Shown piece after piece: positions 1 to 13,115 of a DNA stretch of 64,000 bases. The DNA comes from Octopus sinensis (Eukaryota), in assembly GCF_006345805.1 (NCBI RefSeq), contig NC_043000.1, forward strand, positions 102,796,001 to 102,860,000. Reading direction: 5' to 3'. The notes beneath the pieces are model-generated. The model made no database searches. It saw only the letters and a list, made by a program, of their open reading frames with translations, and was not told the DNA's origin. Position numbers and translations under genes: made by a program. Positions within the stretch are counted from its first letter, which is position 1, and each line of letters opens with the position of its first letter.

Positions 1-687
1 GCAGCAGCAGCAGCAGCCAAGCAAACTACATTAAGCAGTAAACAGCTATTAGGTATCTGGCTTAGGTGTACAAAACAAGACAATTGCAATATCCTAAACT
101 TCTGGCTACTGGTTTAGTGGGCTAACACTTTTAACCTCACAGTCAAATATAGATGCTCTTACATTAATTACCCTTTCAAGTCATTTTTCACAAAGCTCTT
201 TAGTTTTAATTATGCAAATTCCTCTATGATAGAAATGTACTAAATAATTTTTGAATACATAAAAGTTTAAAAATTGATCTGGAGGCAAGTTACAATTAAA
301 CTAATATGATGAGGTCAAATTCATACTGAAACACAGTGTCCCTAATTGTCCCTAGTCTCTAAACAAATAGCAGACTTTTCTTTTGTTTCCCAAGTATGCT
401 CATCCAATTAAGAATATATTTTTGATATCTTCAAATTCCCTCCCTTCCTACTTTCAGCACTGCTAATGATTACTGCTGGAGGCCGTAGCCCAGCATATCA
501 TACCATTTTGGAATCAGGCCAACTCTGTGAGTAAATTAAAAACATTCCAGACCGAATCTGGACCTATAATCCTGAAATTCTGGATACCCAAGTTTTCCTA
601 ACTTGGAAATAAATTTTGAGAATAATTGAAATTAATTGCAAAATCCAGCGATTATTTTCTGCAATTTTTTTTACTTAATTTTTTTGT

Positions 688-771
688 GACGAATATGACC
701 ATCATTGGGATATGATTCTGGAGGAAGCAATTGCAACAAATTCTCCAAAACAAGTCAGAGATCTGTTTGCA
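688..771 (+). mobile_element. Helitron Rep/helicase coding fragment
   Basis: Translates DEYDHHWDMILEEAIATNSPKQVRDLFA, matching the Helitron RepHel motif DDxHWxxTLEEAxxxxSPxQLRxLFA. Confidence 0.7.
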
Positions 772-2011
772 GAACTTCACATTTGGGTTCAGTAACTTAG
801 AAGCTGCACCATCGGGTGGTTGAAGTTTTGCGTATCAAATTAAGCAGAAGTTTGTGTCATTTGGTCCCTATGCATGTTTCACTATTGTGGTTATTGTAAC
901 CTCTGCATTGCAATTGCATGCAAAATGACAACAGATCATCAGGGGAACACTTTGTTGCACTATGTTACGCAGATCCAAAGCTTATATGTGTGTGTGCAAT
1001 ATGTGTCTGTAATTGTGTTTCTCTCAGCTTGATAACCAGTATGTTAGTAAAAAGGAGCTAAGTCAATAATAAGTGCTAGACTTAAAAATTTGGGTTCAAT
1101 TTGAGTAAGTAAAACCTTCAAAGCAGTGCTCCAGCATGGAAACAATTCAATGAATGAAACAAGTAAAAGAGTATTAACACACACACACACATTTATATAT
1201 AGCTTCTATATAAGCCAGCAAAAATTAATTAAGTGAAATTAATACACAACAAAAGATAATTACTTCTCTGTTAAAGAAAAAAAAAAAAGAAACTAAGAAA
1301 AATCTGCCAATCTCTGTCAATAAATAGTTATTTAGACTGACTTGGGCCATAAAATACCTTAATATAGATAATAAAAAAAATCCTAATGTGGGGGAGAATG
1401 GTGGCGGGGTAGTCTTCATTACACAAAACTAAAATCCATTAATTTATGTGCAATGATAAGGAAAACAGCAGAACCATGCTGATAAAGTTACAAGGACTGG
1501 ATATATATATATATATACATACACACACTAGAACTTATGCTTGTACCAAAATTACTCCCATGGGTCTTTAATAAAAAAAAGAAGAAAAAATGAAGTGGGA
1601 GGAGGAGGAACCAATAAGGGTTAGCAAAAGAATTCAGCTGGCAGAGTAAGGAAAATGTAGTTTATTCCTTTTCCTGATTATACAATTCTAGCCATAGTCA
1701 TGTTGGCTTTGCCATGCAGCTAAGTTTTGCGTATCAAATTTCAAGAACTCCTGTTCAGTATATTGCCTTGTTAACTAGTTGGCAGCAGTATCGGACCCTC
1801 TCTCTGTTACATGGGTTGCCAGAGATAAAACATGAACAACAAAAGCCAGCGTCAACAGTTAAACACACAAATACATACACATACACACAAACATACGCAA
1901 CATAGCACAAAGCAAAGCATAGAATAATGAGTCGATGAAGAAAGTTCTATGTGTTCTCAGGGCCAGCTAGAAATACCAGCTAAATCACATTAAAATCACA
2001 CTCAAGTGTCT

Positions 2012-2231
2012 TTAACATTTTAGCATTCAAACTGGCCATATCTGGTCTAAATATTTTCTCTGTTTTATATTCAAACCACCCAGATGCAACCTATCAAACA
2101 ATGTCCTTCTAAAAATAAGCTATCACATCATGGAAATCTCAAAGCTACCAGATGATGCATGCTTAACTTAAAACAATGGGAATAAATAAGCATCAACATT
2201 TAACAGAATGATCTGAATGCTAAAGGGTTAA
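2012..2231 (+). mobile_element. TTAA-flanked piggyBac-type MITE, family F
   Basis: Ends ttaacattttagcattca / tgaatgctaaagggttaa are inverted repeats with TTAA outside. Related copies at ~7790-8005, 14094-14505, 18039-18667, 36195-36330, 43450-43677, 62985-63125. Confidence 0.75.
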
Positions 2232-4070
2232 AAAAGGGAAGGATACAGTAGATTATGCATTCTTAGATAAACTTATACCTGAGAAAAAAAAAAAGATTTT
2301 GTGATATTCATGCCTGTTGGAAAGGAATTAAAGATATGGTAATATCAGGGAATTGAGTTAAGAATGTATCACTGCACCATAGCAGTAGCAGCATGAACTC
2401 TATGCAGTCACTAGACCTGCTGAAAACAGTAGCTAGATCTCCCTCAAATAACACCCTCCTGTCTTAAAAGAAAAACAAAGATGTATTAGATAATATGATC
2501 TGGTAGAAGACACTTGCACAAGGTGCCACACAGTGGTACTGAACCTAGGACCTTGAGGCAGTTATGATGGATCAAGAAGTATGGCAGGTAGACTTTGTTA
2601 CTGTGGCCCAGGTTGAAAACTGGCCATAATAATAATAATAACAATAATAATGCAGTGAATGACAGAGACTTACATGCCTTTGGCCATTGTGTAGCCTTAC
2701 ATTCAAATGCTTTTTATTTTATTTTTTTTTTAGCTATTAAAAAAATGTGTTCTAACAAAGGTACAAATGTTGGGAGGAAGAGGTATAGGAATTTAATCAA
2801 CCCTAGCATTAGAAATGATAAAAGCAAACTCAAACCCAATGGGATTTGAACTCACAGCATCTTATCTGATGCCCAAATGATTTAACATGTACTGTATATG
2901 TTACACACACACACAAACATAACATTATATAGTGAAGAACTACCTTTGTGTCTCTGATTATAATAAAGGCAAACAAGACATAGAGATGGTATCTTTGACA
3001 ATCAACTCATAGATAAAGAGATGAAATTCCCTACAGGTATTTTGTTGTGTCTACAGCAGGGAACTTCATTCTACATGCCTTGATTCCCAGTTGTATAGAA
3101 TTGGTAAAAATCACCAGGGAATGCTACCGAGGTTGGAATGCCAAGAAAGTAGAATGAAGACCAAACTTTTGACGAGCACTTTGGGACATGCAAAAACGAA
3201 TGCAATTTTACATTTATTTATTAATTGGTTTCAAAGAGAAAGAAATGAAACAAAGTACCACAATTCTACATGTTGAACCTTTCCAAAGGAAAAGCAACTC
3301 AAGTTGATAGTTTAAATAATGTTGAGTGTGAGAGAGAAAAATGTGTTTAAACAGAAACACACACACACACACACGCAAGCACACAGACAGACAGACACAC
3401 ACAAATGCACATATTTACCAGTGTTTTAGATTAGATGAAAACCTTAAAATACTCATATCTGCTTCACTATCTTAATTCAATTCTGTAATTAAAAAAAAAT
3501 AACTAAATAAAAAGTAAAATGAACAAAAAAATGGTGACTGCTGTTGAAGATTATTCATAAGAATCAGAAAGATACAAGTTTAATACAACCTAATCACAGT
3601 TTCTGGTTCCTATTGTAAGATCTTGAGAAATGTGAAAAAAAAAAAAAAAATCTAGTGCTAAACTTCATAGCTATTCTTCAACAAATCTTTTCTCTCTCTC
3701 TCTCCTTCTTGTTCACTTTTTCCCTCCTTCTTGTTCACTTTTAAGGTTTGAAGAAAAAATATTTTGTCTTGTAATTTTTGCAAATACATTTTTTTTTACT
3801 ATATTTGAATTAATGAAGCGTATCAGAGATACTGTATCAGTTGACATATTCCGACAAATTCGAAATATGCCATTGTTAAATTACTTATAATCAAATTACC
3901 AGTACAGATTGCTAACTTTTGGGAAATATTTTTGGCACTGGTAGTGTTTATAGTAATTTTTCTATTCTTCTTCAAAATATTTTTAGAGTAATCATTTACA
4001 ATCCAATATCTCTGATCAGTTTAGGTTAAAGATCATGATATAGAAGTAATCAAATGTATTCTCTCAAATG

Positions 4071-4336
4071 TGGAGGTGCATGGCTCAGTGGTTTGGGTGT
4101 TGAACTCCTGAGTGCAAGATTGTGGTTTTGATTCCTTGACTGGGCGACACATTGTCTTCTTGAGTAAAACACTTCATTTCACGTTGCTCCAGTTCACTCA
4201 GCTGGCAAAAATAAGTAATCCTGCAATGGACTGGCGTCCCATCCAGGTGGGGAATATATGTGTGCCATGAAACTAGGAAACCAGCCCTTATGAGTCAGTA
4301 TGACTCGAGAAGGTAACTTTATCTTTTTACCTTACC
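4071..4336 (+). mobile_element. tRNA-derived SINE, family B with tail type 2
   Basis: A-box tggctcagtggtt and B-box-like ttgattcc, core ttgctccagttcactcagctggcaaaaat, 10-bp TSD ctctcaaatg (4061-4070 / 4337-4346). Confidence 0.8.
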
Positions 4337-5566
4337 CTCTCAAATGAAAGCCACAAGATTAGTATATCAGTTATAATTTACTTGTAGAATATTCATTTAG
4401 TATATTCCAAATATCTTATTATATTAGCTGAGAAGGAAAATCAAATATCAACAAAGGAAATAGTTTAGCAGTAGTTCACAATTAAGCTACTGATGTTATG
4501 TAAGATGATGATGATGTAGTTGGATAGCCCCTTTCAGCTATAAATGGACAAGGTATATTTTATGTATATCACTAGTAAAGGAGACTAGGTCTGGATGTGG
4601 CCTGGAAAAAAAAATGCAAGGTAGGGGTGTGGGTTTAAACCATTTACTACATTAAGTATTAAGTGGTAAAGATATATATAGCTGTGGTAAACCATTCAGA
4701 AACTTCCTGGTCACAGCATTTTTAGCCAATCCTTCTCATCATCATCAGTTTCATCCTATGTCTGTTAATCCAAGCTGGCTTGGGTTGGCCTCAGTGTTGA
4801 TATAATACCAATAAGGCAGTATAGTGATTTTCATCAGCTATACCTGTTTCTTTCACAAAGAAAATACTTTTGGTTAATTTAGTAAAAAAAAAATTGCTGT
4901 ATTTCTTATGGTATTTACTGTCTTTATTTTTTGTTTTGTTTTGTTTCATACCATAAACCCTTTTTGAGACTGCTGAAAGCTGGTGAGCTCTTATCAAGAA
5001 ATACGTGTTTGAAAAGTTCAGAGTTTTGTACTTGTTCTAACAAGTGACTTGATTTGAGACCATGTGGTGAAATGAAAGCTATTACAGTATGGAAGACACA
5101 TATTAACCATTCAAAAACACAAAAACTATTAAGTTTATTATTTGGTGTCAAAATTTTCGTTGCACAGTCTGCAACCAAATCACTGACACAGTATTACGAC
5201 ACATTTATAAAAATTATAAAATAGTCAATTTAATAAGTCTTTTTCCTTTTGTTTGTGTAGGTAGACTAGAGACCATAAAATAGTTTGTGACCTACATTAA
5301 AATACTGAATAAAATAATTTTAGCTATACAGTAGTGAAAATAATGTAATTTTCTCTATCCAAAGTTCACAGACCTCGGTAAATGAGCTTGTTCTAAAGGT
5401 TTCATTCATTAAAGGAAATAAATATCTGAATAGATTCTTAAAGATTTTCAGCTGGATTATTTTACAAAGCTTTTAGTTTAATACTACATTTAAATAACAG
5501 ATGAAACTCATATTAATTCTTCTCACCATAGCATGCTGATTAATTATTATTATTATTATTATTATT

Positions 5567-6042
5567 CAGTAGCTTTATTTTTATAGCATGCTTTCAGTTC
5601 ACTATCGAGCGCAGCTCTGTGTACCTTGGGTATGTGCTGTGATTTGTTGTGATGCTCTGATGGTTACTGTATTGAAAGTGTTTTGCGTAGGATGTGTGCA
5701 GTGCCTAGTAGTGCAATTTTCTGTATGTTATATGTGTTTGTAAGTCCTGGTGTTTTTGTTATGTATTTGTCTGAATATTTTTTTATCATACCTAAAGCAC
5801 CTACTATGATAGGAATTGTTTCTGTTTTTAGATTCCACATTTGAGTTACCTCTATTTCCAGGTTTTTGTATTTTGAAAGTTACCCCATTTCTTTTAGAGA
5901 CATGTTGTCATCTGTTGGTATTGATACATCAATTAGAAAGTATTTTTTTCCTTCATGATCTCTGACAACTATATCTGGCCTGTTGGCCTTAATTTTTCTA
6001 TCTGTGTGTATTGGCATATCCCAGAGTATGGTTGCTTTCTCG
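5567..6042 (-). mobile_element. 5'-truncated R4/Dong-like non-LTR retrotransposon (restriction-like endonuclease C-terminus and 3' UTR)
   Basis: Minus strand reads ILWDMPIHTDRKIKANRPDIVV...LIDVSIP...*LSKYKNLEIEV...IPIIVGALG...IQKIALLGTAHILRK (RPD..D..K REL motif, one internal stop). Flanked on both sides by (TAA)n. Confidence 0.9.
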
Positions 6043-6133
6043 ATTATTATTATTATTATTCCCCAGACCCCAGTTGAACCGTCCAACCCATGCTAGCATG
6101 GAAAACGGACGCTAAATGATGATGATGATGATG

Positions 6134-6174
<41 letters not shown>

Positions 6175-6284
6175 CATCACAGTAAGATATTATATTTGTG
6201 TAGATGCCCACTCTTGTTAGATTAACTTTTAAGGAAATATATATAAAAGCAGGGATGACATAGAAAAAGCATATCTATCTACAG

Positions 6285-6655
6285 GGCAGGCTTGGCAGTG
6301 TAATTAAAAAGTTCGCTTCCCAACCATGTGGTGCTGGGTTCAGTTTCACTGCAGGCCACATTGGGCAAGTGTCTTCTAACATAGCTAAGGGCCAACCAAA
6401 GCCTTGAGAGAATCTAGTAGATGGAAACTGAAATAAGCCCATTGTGCATGCAAGTGTGTATGTGTGTGTTGTTTGTCCCCTACCACTGCTTGACAACTGG
6501 TGTGTTGGTTTATTTATGTCCTTGCAACTTACTGGTTCAGCAAAAGAGACCAACAGAACAAGAACTGGGCTTAAAAAATAAGTACTGGGGTCAATTTGTT
6601 TGACCAAATCCTTAAAGGCAAAGTCTAATGACTAAAACAAGCAAAAGGTAAAAGA
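6285..6655 (+). mobile_element. tRNA-derived SINE, family A (diverged copy)
   Basis: Aligns by eye with 18162-18564: B-box gggttcagtttc, core ttgggcaagtgtcttcta, tail aatgactaaaacaagcaaaag. Confidence 0.75.
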
Positions 6656-7008
6656 TATATGTGTTTTTTTGTTTTTTTCTTGCATACCTGTATGTATGTG
6701 TGTGTGTGTATGTGTGTCCTTCTGCCATGAAGGATTGATAAAAAATCAAAAACACAGGTGTGAGAATCAAAGAGTAATAGAAAGCTTTTTTCTTTTTGCT
6801 ATACTTACAGCATTATGTTTTGATCGGTCAAATTTTTCACAGAATTCTTCTATAGCAGTTATGGACTGTGATGCTCCTTTGATACGTTTATCTTGCTCCT
6901 GCTTACTTCGAATTTTTTCTAGTTGGATAAAAAGAAGATAAAAAGGAAATTAGAAACATAAAAAGAATTTATAACAATCACACACACACACACACGCAAA
7001 GAATTATA

Positions 7009-7078
<70 letters not shown>

Positions 7079-7081
<3 letters not shown>

Positions 7082-7199
7082 TTTATAGAAGGAGCTTCTA
7101 CAGGACTAGAAACTGTTTCATTCACATGAAATCTTCAGGAATGAAGATTTCATTTGAATGAAACAGTTCTAGTCCTGTAGAAGCTCCTTCTATAAAATA
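7079..7199. repeat. Near-perfect palindrome, ~58-bp arms with 4-nt loop, in a (TA)n tract
   Basis: ttttatagaaggagcttctacaggactaga...atcttca-ggaa-tgaagat...tctagtcctgtagaagctccttctataaaa; one mismatch and one indel. Confidence 0.95.
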
Positions 7200-7315
7200 A
7201 ATTAATTTACTCTGCTATGTATTGAGTACCTTATTTACTGTGGTTAACCCCGACTCAACCCGGGACCTACATATATATGTATATATATATATATATATAT
7301 ATACATGGTGGTACT

Positions 7316-7640
7316 TAAAAAGCACCCACTACACTCATGGAGTGGTTGGCATTGGGAAGGGCATCAAGCTGTATAAACACTGCCAGATCAGACTGGAGCC
7401 TAGTGCAGCCTCCTGGCTTCTCAGACGCTGGTCGAACCGTCCAGCCCATGCTAGCATGGAAAACGGACATTAAACGATGATAATGATGATGATGACATAT
7501 CTATATCTATATCTCACATCATCATCATTATCGTGGTTTAATGTCTGCTTTCCATGCTGGCATGGGTTGGACGGTTTGACTGAGGGCTGGCAAACCAGAA
7601 GGCTACACTAGGCTCTAATCTGATCTGGCAAAGTTTCTAC
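7316..7640. mobile_element. Two family D retroposon fragments with (TGA)n tails, arranged tail-to-tail (+ 7316-7495, - 7517-7640)
   Basis: Shared ccagatcagactggagcctagtgcagcc...aaccgtccagcccatgctagcatggaaa...taaacgatgat in opposite orientations. Other copies at ~6061-6135, 17900-18020, 23935-24100, 25770-26040, 30285-30530, 49291-49462, 49980-50140, 62720-62900, 63340-63470. Confidence 0.75.
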
Positions 7641-10600
7641 ATATATATATAGATAAATACAGTAACACAGATTGTTAGTACAGCATAGATGTGAAAGGTA
7701 ATGGATAGAAACTTGGTCTACAGACAATCAAGTGGTTAATGTTTGCTGTCGTTCAGCCACAGGTCAGCCTTGATAAGGCAACCTATGATTAACTCTTTAG
7801 CATTCCAATTACTCTGTTATTTATTCAAATTGCTTTGAATTAATCATGCATTATCATACATTATCCCATAGCTTTTGCTGATGTGAATTTTTATCTTTAG
7901 AATGACATTGTAGGATAGGTGTGAGAGACTGGATCTGTCTAGTTTTAACATAAAACAGGTAGAACATTTAGGTCACATATAGCCAGTTTCAACACCAAAG
8001 GATTAAAAGGCACCCTAATTTATTTTTTCAAATACAATATTTTAAAAATCACATTATAGTGAGCTAGTCTTCTCTTTTTTAAAACATCAAGTTGTAGTTT
8101 GAAAGAAATTTGATTGGTATTTCTAGCAAGCTGATTGACCATGTAAGCGTTTCCTTGTTAGTTATTTGTACATTACTATTACAGTCATGGAAAAACAACC
8201 ACATAAGACAAAAAAACAACAAAACACCTAACTGAATGATAACTAAGTTATTTTACTAAATTCTTTATTATAAGTAATTGAAAGAAACACAGAGCATCTC
8301 AAAATAAATACAGAATCAAATGGGTTAATGGGAGCTGGCAAGCAAGAGGACTGCAACAAGCTCCACTTGTCTGTTTGGCCTGATTTTTATAGCTGAATGT
8401 CCTTCCTAACACCAACCACTTTACTGACGCAACACAAAATTCTTTTTTATATTTAAATACAAACTTGCACTCAAAAATAATAAAACAATCTGTTCTAACA
8501 AAACACGGCACTTCTCTAAGTAGTTGTTGAGTAGTCTCATTAATTACTTCACATCGTGGTTCCTCCCGCTAACCATTATTTAGAATCATTATTCTCCAAT
8601 CAGGCTTTCTGCTTCTGATATTAACCAGCCTTTCTGTAAGCTAAACAAAACCACAAAACCTACTCGTAACTATTTAAGACAGTCTGTGTTCCACTCCGCA
8701 CTTAAACTTGCAATCACCACATTAAACATGACTCATAGAAGGACTAAACAATTCTATTAAATACGCACACAAACACTTGTGTGTGTGTGTATATTATATA
8801 CACAATACATACACACACACACACATAGACATGTGAATTTGTATATATGTACGTGTGTGTGTGTATGTGTAAACATATATACACAATTCACATAAACATA
8901 TATAAATGTGAATCTCTATTTTTGTATGTATGCATGTGTGTGTATTTATGCATGGTGAATTTATTTATCTATCTTACACACACACACACCAACACAGAAG
9001 ACTGAAGATGGCAACACATTACATTGAGACCTCATGAAGTTCTCATAATATCCATAAGGCATTAAAAACCAAAAAGCTTGTTCATATTTATTTTTCCAAT
9101 GGGCAGTTCCACAAGTGTAAAATTATACAAAGCCATGTCTGTGAGAGTGCAAGTATGTGTGTGTCTACGGGCAGGGTACTGCTTCGGTTTAGGTCAGCAT
9201 TGATCCAGCAGTCAAACCAAGGATCAAAACATTTCATCAATGATTATATTAAATTTTAAAAACATAATGTAACCATGGGATTTTTTTTTTATGAAGGCAA
9301 GATATGATTAGATGGGGATTTGGCTACTATTTCTAACAATTTGAAAAAATGTGTCAGGAATTCCTCACTGCCCTTTTCTCTCTATTTATATATGGGTGTG
9401 GTATATCAAGTAAAAGTTGGTGGCAGCAATGTCACCCCATCCGCTGAGGATTTTCATGTGATGCGCCATATCACATATACAGAAAACCTGCAGCTTTTCT
9501 TCTCTTCATAGTTTTAAACCCTGTTTTAATTAATTCTGTAAACAATGCTTTAGTCATTCGTATTTTTTTTTTAAAAAAAGGCTATCCCAAAGGTGATATG
9601 TGATTTCATGAAAGAAAAAAAAATCTCTTAACGTATTTATATTTTAATGTGTGTTCAGAGAGATTCTATTAAAATAAATAATTTGCCCATATCACTGTTG
9701 GTACATGTACTAACTATTAGCATGTTATGTTGATGGGAAACATTGTAATACAAAACATTAATTTACAAAAGACTCCACATGTAAAAACATATGGAAATAA
9801 ATTTCATAAACAACTATAAAAAAAAAATGTCTTAGTTTTTGTTTTTAAAGTAGAGTGGTGTGTCTGTATCCTGTTAATAGTAAATACAATCAGCTGGGAG
9901 TTTTTAACCTTTTACACCATTATAAAATTCTAACATACTAAAAGATGCTGTTGGCAAATCTAATTAAGTGTACTACGGATGATGTTCAAGGGTTTGTCTT
10001 CTCTATTCTGGCAGCTTGATGTGTAAAAGCTAAAAAATAAAAAACGGTTGTTTAGAAGGATGCTGAGTGGTGGAATAACTGTAGGGAAGTCTTTTGTGAA
10101 TGGTCAGATTTTTGGCATATTGTTGCCTGGAGCAAATGACTTGGTGTGATTTGCATATCTCTTGTTTCAGATATACTATTCCCTTGTTAAGGACCATACA
10201 GTACTCTGGGACAAGCAGAGCTTAATCATTTAGAGTGTTGTGTTGCAATCGAGATATTTATGCAACTCTGATAACGCAATATGGAGTGTAGTACTACAGT
10301 CTGAGCAGAGTACTGTGTTGGAATCTAGACATATACATCACTATTTTTTCAGATATTCTAGGTTGTTGCCAAACTTCAGACCTTACTGCAGTCTCTGGCA
10401 TGAAGTAGTTCGTTTTGGTGTTGTATAAATGTTGTATTCTAACAAGTATTAGCTATTATGCCAGCACACAACCTGCTAGAAATACCAGTCAATTACTCAT
10501 CTAATAGGGTGCTTGCACCAAGAGGATGGATCACAAGAATAAATCTATTACAGTATTTCATGTTGTCCTTCAAAATTTTAATTTCAAATCTACTAGTCTA

Positions 10601-12562
10601 ATGCTGTTGTGACTTTTTACATCTATAGGAGTCTAAATAATAAACTTGTGTCATCAAAGCACCTGCTTCAGTTTTGTGTCATTACTCTTAAGGAATATTG
10701 TGTTGCTGAAGACTGATTCTCTGGATTCACTTGCTTCAATCCTCTAGGCAGATAATGTCACAATTAGGCCTTGTGTAATAAGGTAGGCTGATGTTTGCTT
10801 GACAGGAGGTGACATGAATATTTGCTGCAGATGAAGTCAAAACTCAGAAGTCTAGATCCAGCAACTCCATCATCAATGCTTACTGATGATATTTTTCATT
10901 TTTTTTTTTTAATACTATACAAGATACTTTCTCAAGATAAATATTGAAGTTTAGAAGGCTTTCAACAGATGCACACTTAAAGCATGTACACAGATCACTA
11001 ATTCTGAACTAATACTACTTCTGTCGCTAACAACGAATTTCTGTTCAGGTGCCAGTTAAATATGACATCATTGAATTTTAAATCATTGTTTAATCAAATC
11101 AGCCAGCAGCTGATGTTCATTTAACACAAGGTGATGTGGATATCTGCTGCTGATGAAGCTAACAAGCAGAAATCTAGATCTACCAATTTCAACACCAATG
11201 TTGACCAACCTTTGCTTGGTGCTACTGTTATTTTTTCTGTACTTTTAACACTCTACTTCTATAAGAGATACTTTCTTAAGACAAATACCGCACTTTAGGA
11301 GACTTTCAACACACACACACACGTTAAATATATATACTGATTGTTAATTTTTAATATAATTCTTGCTAAAACATCCAAGAAAACATTGCAAGTGAGAGAT
11401 GTAAATTACAGAAGAAAGCAGTATATTTTTTAATTATACATTTTAAACATTACTATTTTACATGAATATTTCAGTTTGTAGACAACATTAAAAATACCAA
11501 TATGAATTAAGTATCGGATGAAGAGTTGATTCAATTTAATTTAGGAATTTTTTTTTTTTTAAACAAAAGCAATTATTTACTACTTGATCAATATAGATTA
11601 TGAATAATTGGAATCTTGCCTCCCAAACAAACCACGCATGAAGTTAAGCTGGAACATAAAACCAATGATTATTGTTAAGCACAACATTAAATTAAAAATA
11701 CAAAAAACCCAAAAAAAAACTGGATAACAAGATAAAAATTAATCTCAAAATCAGTTTTCTAAAAAAAAAAAAGCTTCGTTCAATTCAAACCTATTCAAAC
11801 TAATACAAAAATATTTTGAGAGAGAAAGAGAGAAAGAGGGTTTGGCTGAGACCCCTATCATCACACATTTCACTGCACCAAGGTTAGAGGTAAACTCCTA
11901 ATTAACGATAACAATAATAATAATAATAACAACAACACTCCACCACCACCACACCCCATGTAATCTTATAACTTAACATAGACATCCAGTAAAATTTCAA
12001 TTGAAAACTCTATAATTTTACAAGCTGCCAAACTGAAGCAAAAAGCTAGTCAGGCAAGACCAACCAGCTAGGAAAACCAATAAAGAACAAAAATACAAAC
12101 AAATAAATAAACAAAAAAAAAAAATAAACAATCACCCATGTTACTGCCATAAATGCATACATACATAAAATAAAAATAAAAACAAAAGCTCTGCTTTCTA
12201 TTTGCTTCTGACTCCCTAAACCAACTTTAAATTTATCTGAGATGTTAAAAGGTTAAGCTTATGTGTTATACCATCTATCATAACAAATACAAGAATGACA
12301 GCCAGGAAGTCCAACCTTTAATATTTACAATTCTGAAAACTGAAAAAACAACAAGTATTATAATAGGTTACAAAAAAAAGGGGAAAAAAAAAGAAAAGGA
12401 AAAAACTACAGAAAAATGTGAGGGTGGAGGGGGAATAAAGGGCAACAGCATGGATGGATGGTATTGTTAGGGTATTGGTTTCTGGTAACACCTCTTATCC
12501 CAAGCACAACCTACATCCCACATGCATATAAAAGAAACATAACTTGGCTGACAGCTAACACC

Positions 12563-12595
<33 letters not shown>

Positions 12596-12879
12596 AAGAA
12601 ACAAGAGGATAACCAATGACCCTCACTATGTACATCTTTAGTGATTTAGTGATAGGTTCATCATCCCAGGTTAGAAAAAAAAAAAAAGCCAGAACTAAAA
12701 TTAATAATAAAAAAAAAAAATTTATAGATGGCCCAGGGCTAGTTTTTGCAAAGAAAAAGGTGCATAGAATCAGTTAGTGAAATTACCCCATCCCTACAGT
12801 GATATTGATTTTATTGAAGGATTGAAAGTCAAGTTGGTCCAAGAAAGATTTGAACTCGCAATATAGAGGTAAGTAAAAT

Positions 12880-13115
12880 GGTTAGTCTGTATCACTCCAT
12901 AAGGAGCATAGGGCTAGTTTCCTGGTTTCTCTGCTGTATATATTCCTCCCTGGATGGGACACTGGTCTGTCACAGGATTATTCATTTTTGCCAGCTGGGT
13001 GGATTGGAGTAACATGAAATGAAATCTTTGCTCAAGAATACAACGCACTGGCCAATCCAGGAATCAAAACTAAAATCTTATGGTGATCAGTCCCATATCC
13101 TAACAACTAAGCCAT
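12880..13115 (-). mobile_element. SINE family B with tail type 2 (diverged)
   Basis: Reverse complement matches the head, core and tail of 4071-4336. Confidence 0.7.

Noticed and set aside
3091-3276. ORF containing INWFQRER, reminiscent of homeodomain helix 3
   Set aside because: Wrong strand for the host gene, lacks the invariant WFxN asparagine and has no helix 1/2 pattern.
8569-8633. Possible phase-1 downstream exon (ERLVNIRSRKPDWRIMILNNG*) after a cttacag acceptor
   Set aside because: Short, no recognisable homology and weak donor; not supportable without RNA data.
12522-12535. TATA-like gcatataaaag in a repeat-poor stretch
   Set aside because: Expected by chance in AT-rich DNA; no associated downstream gene.
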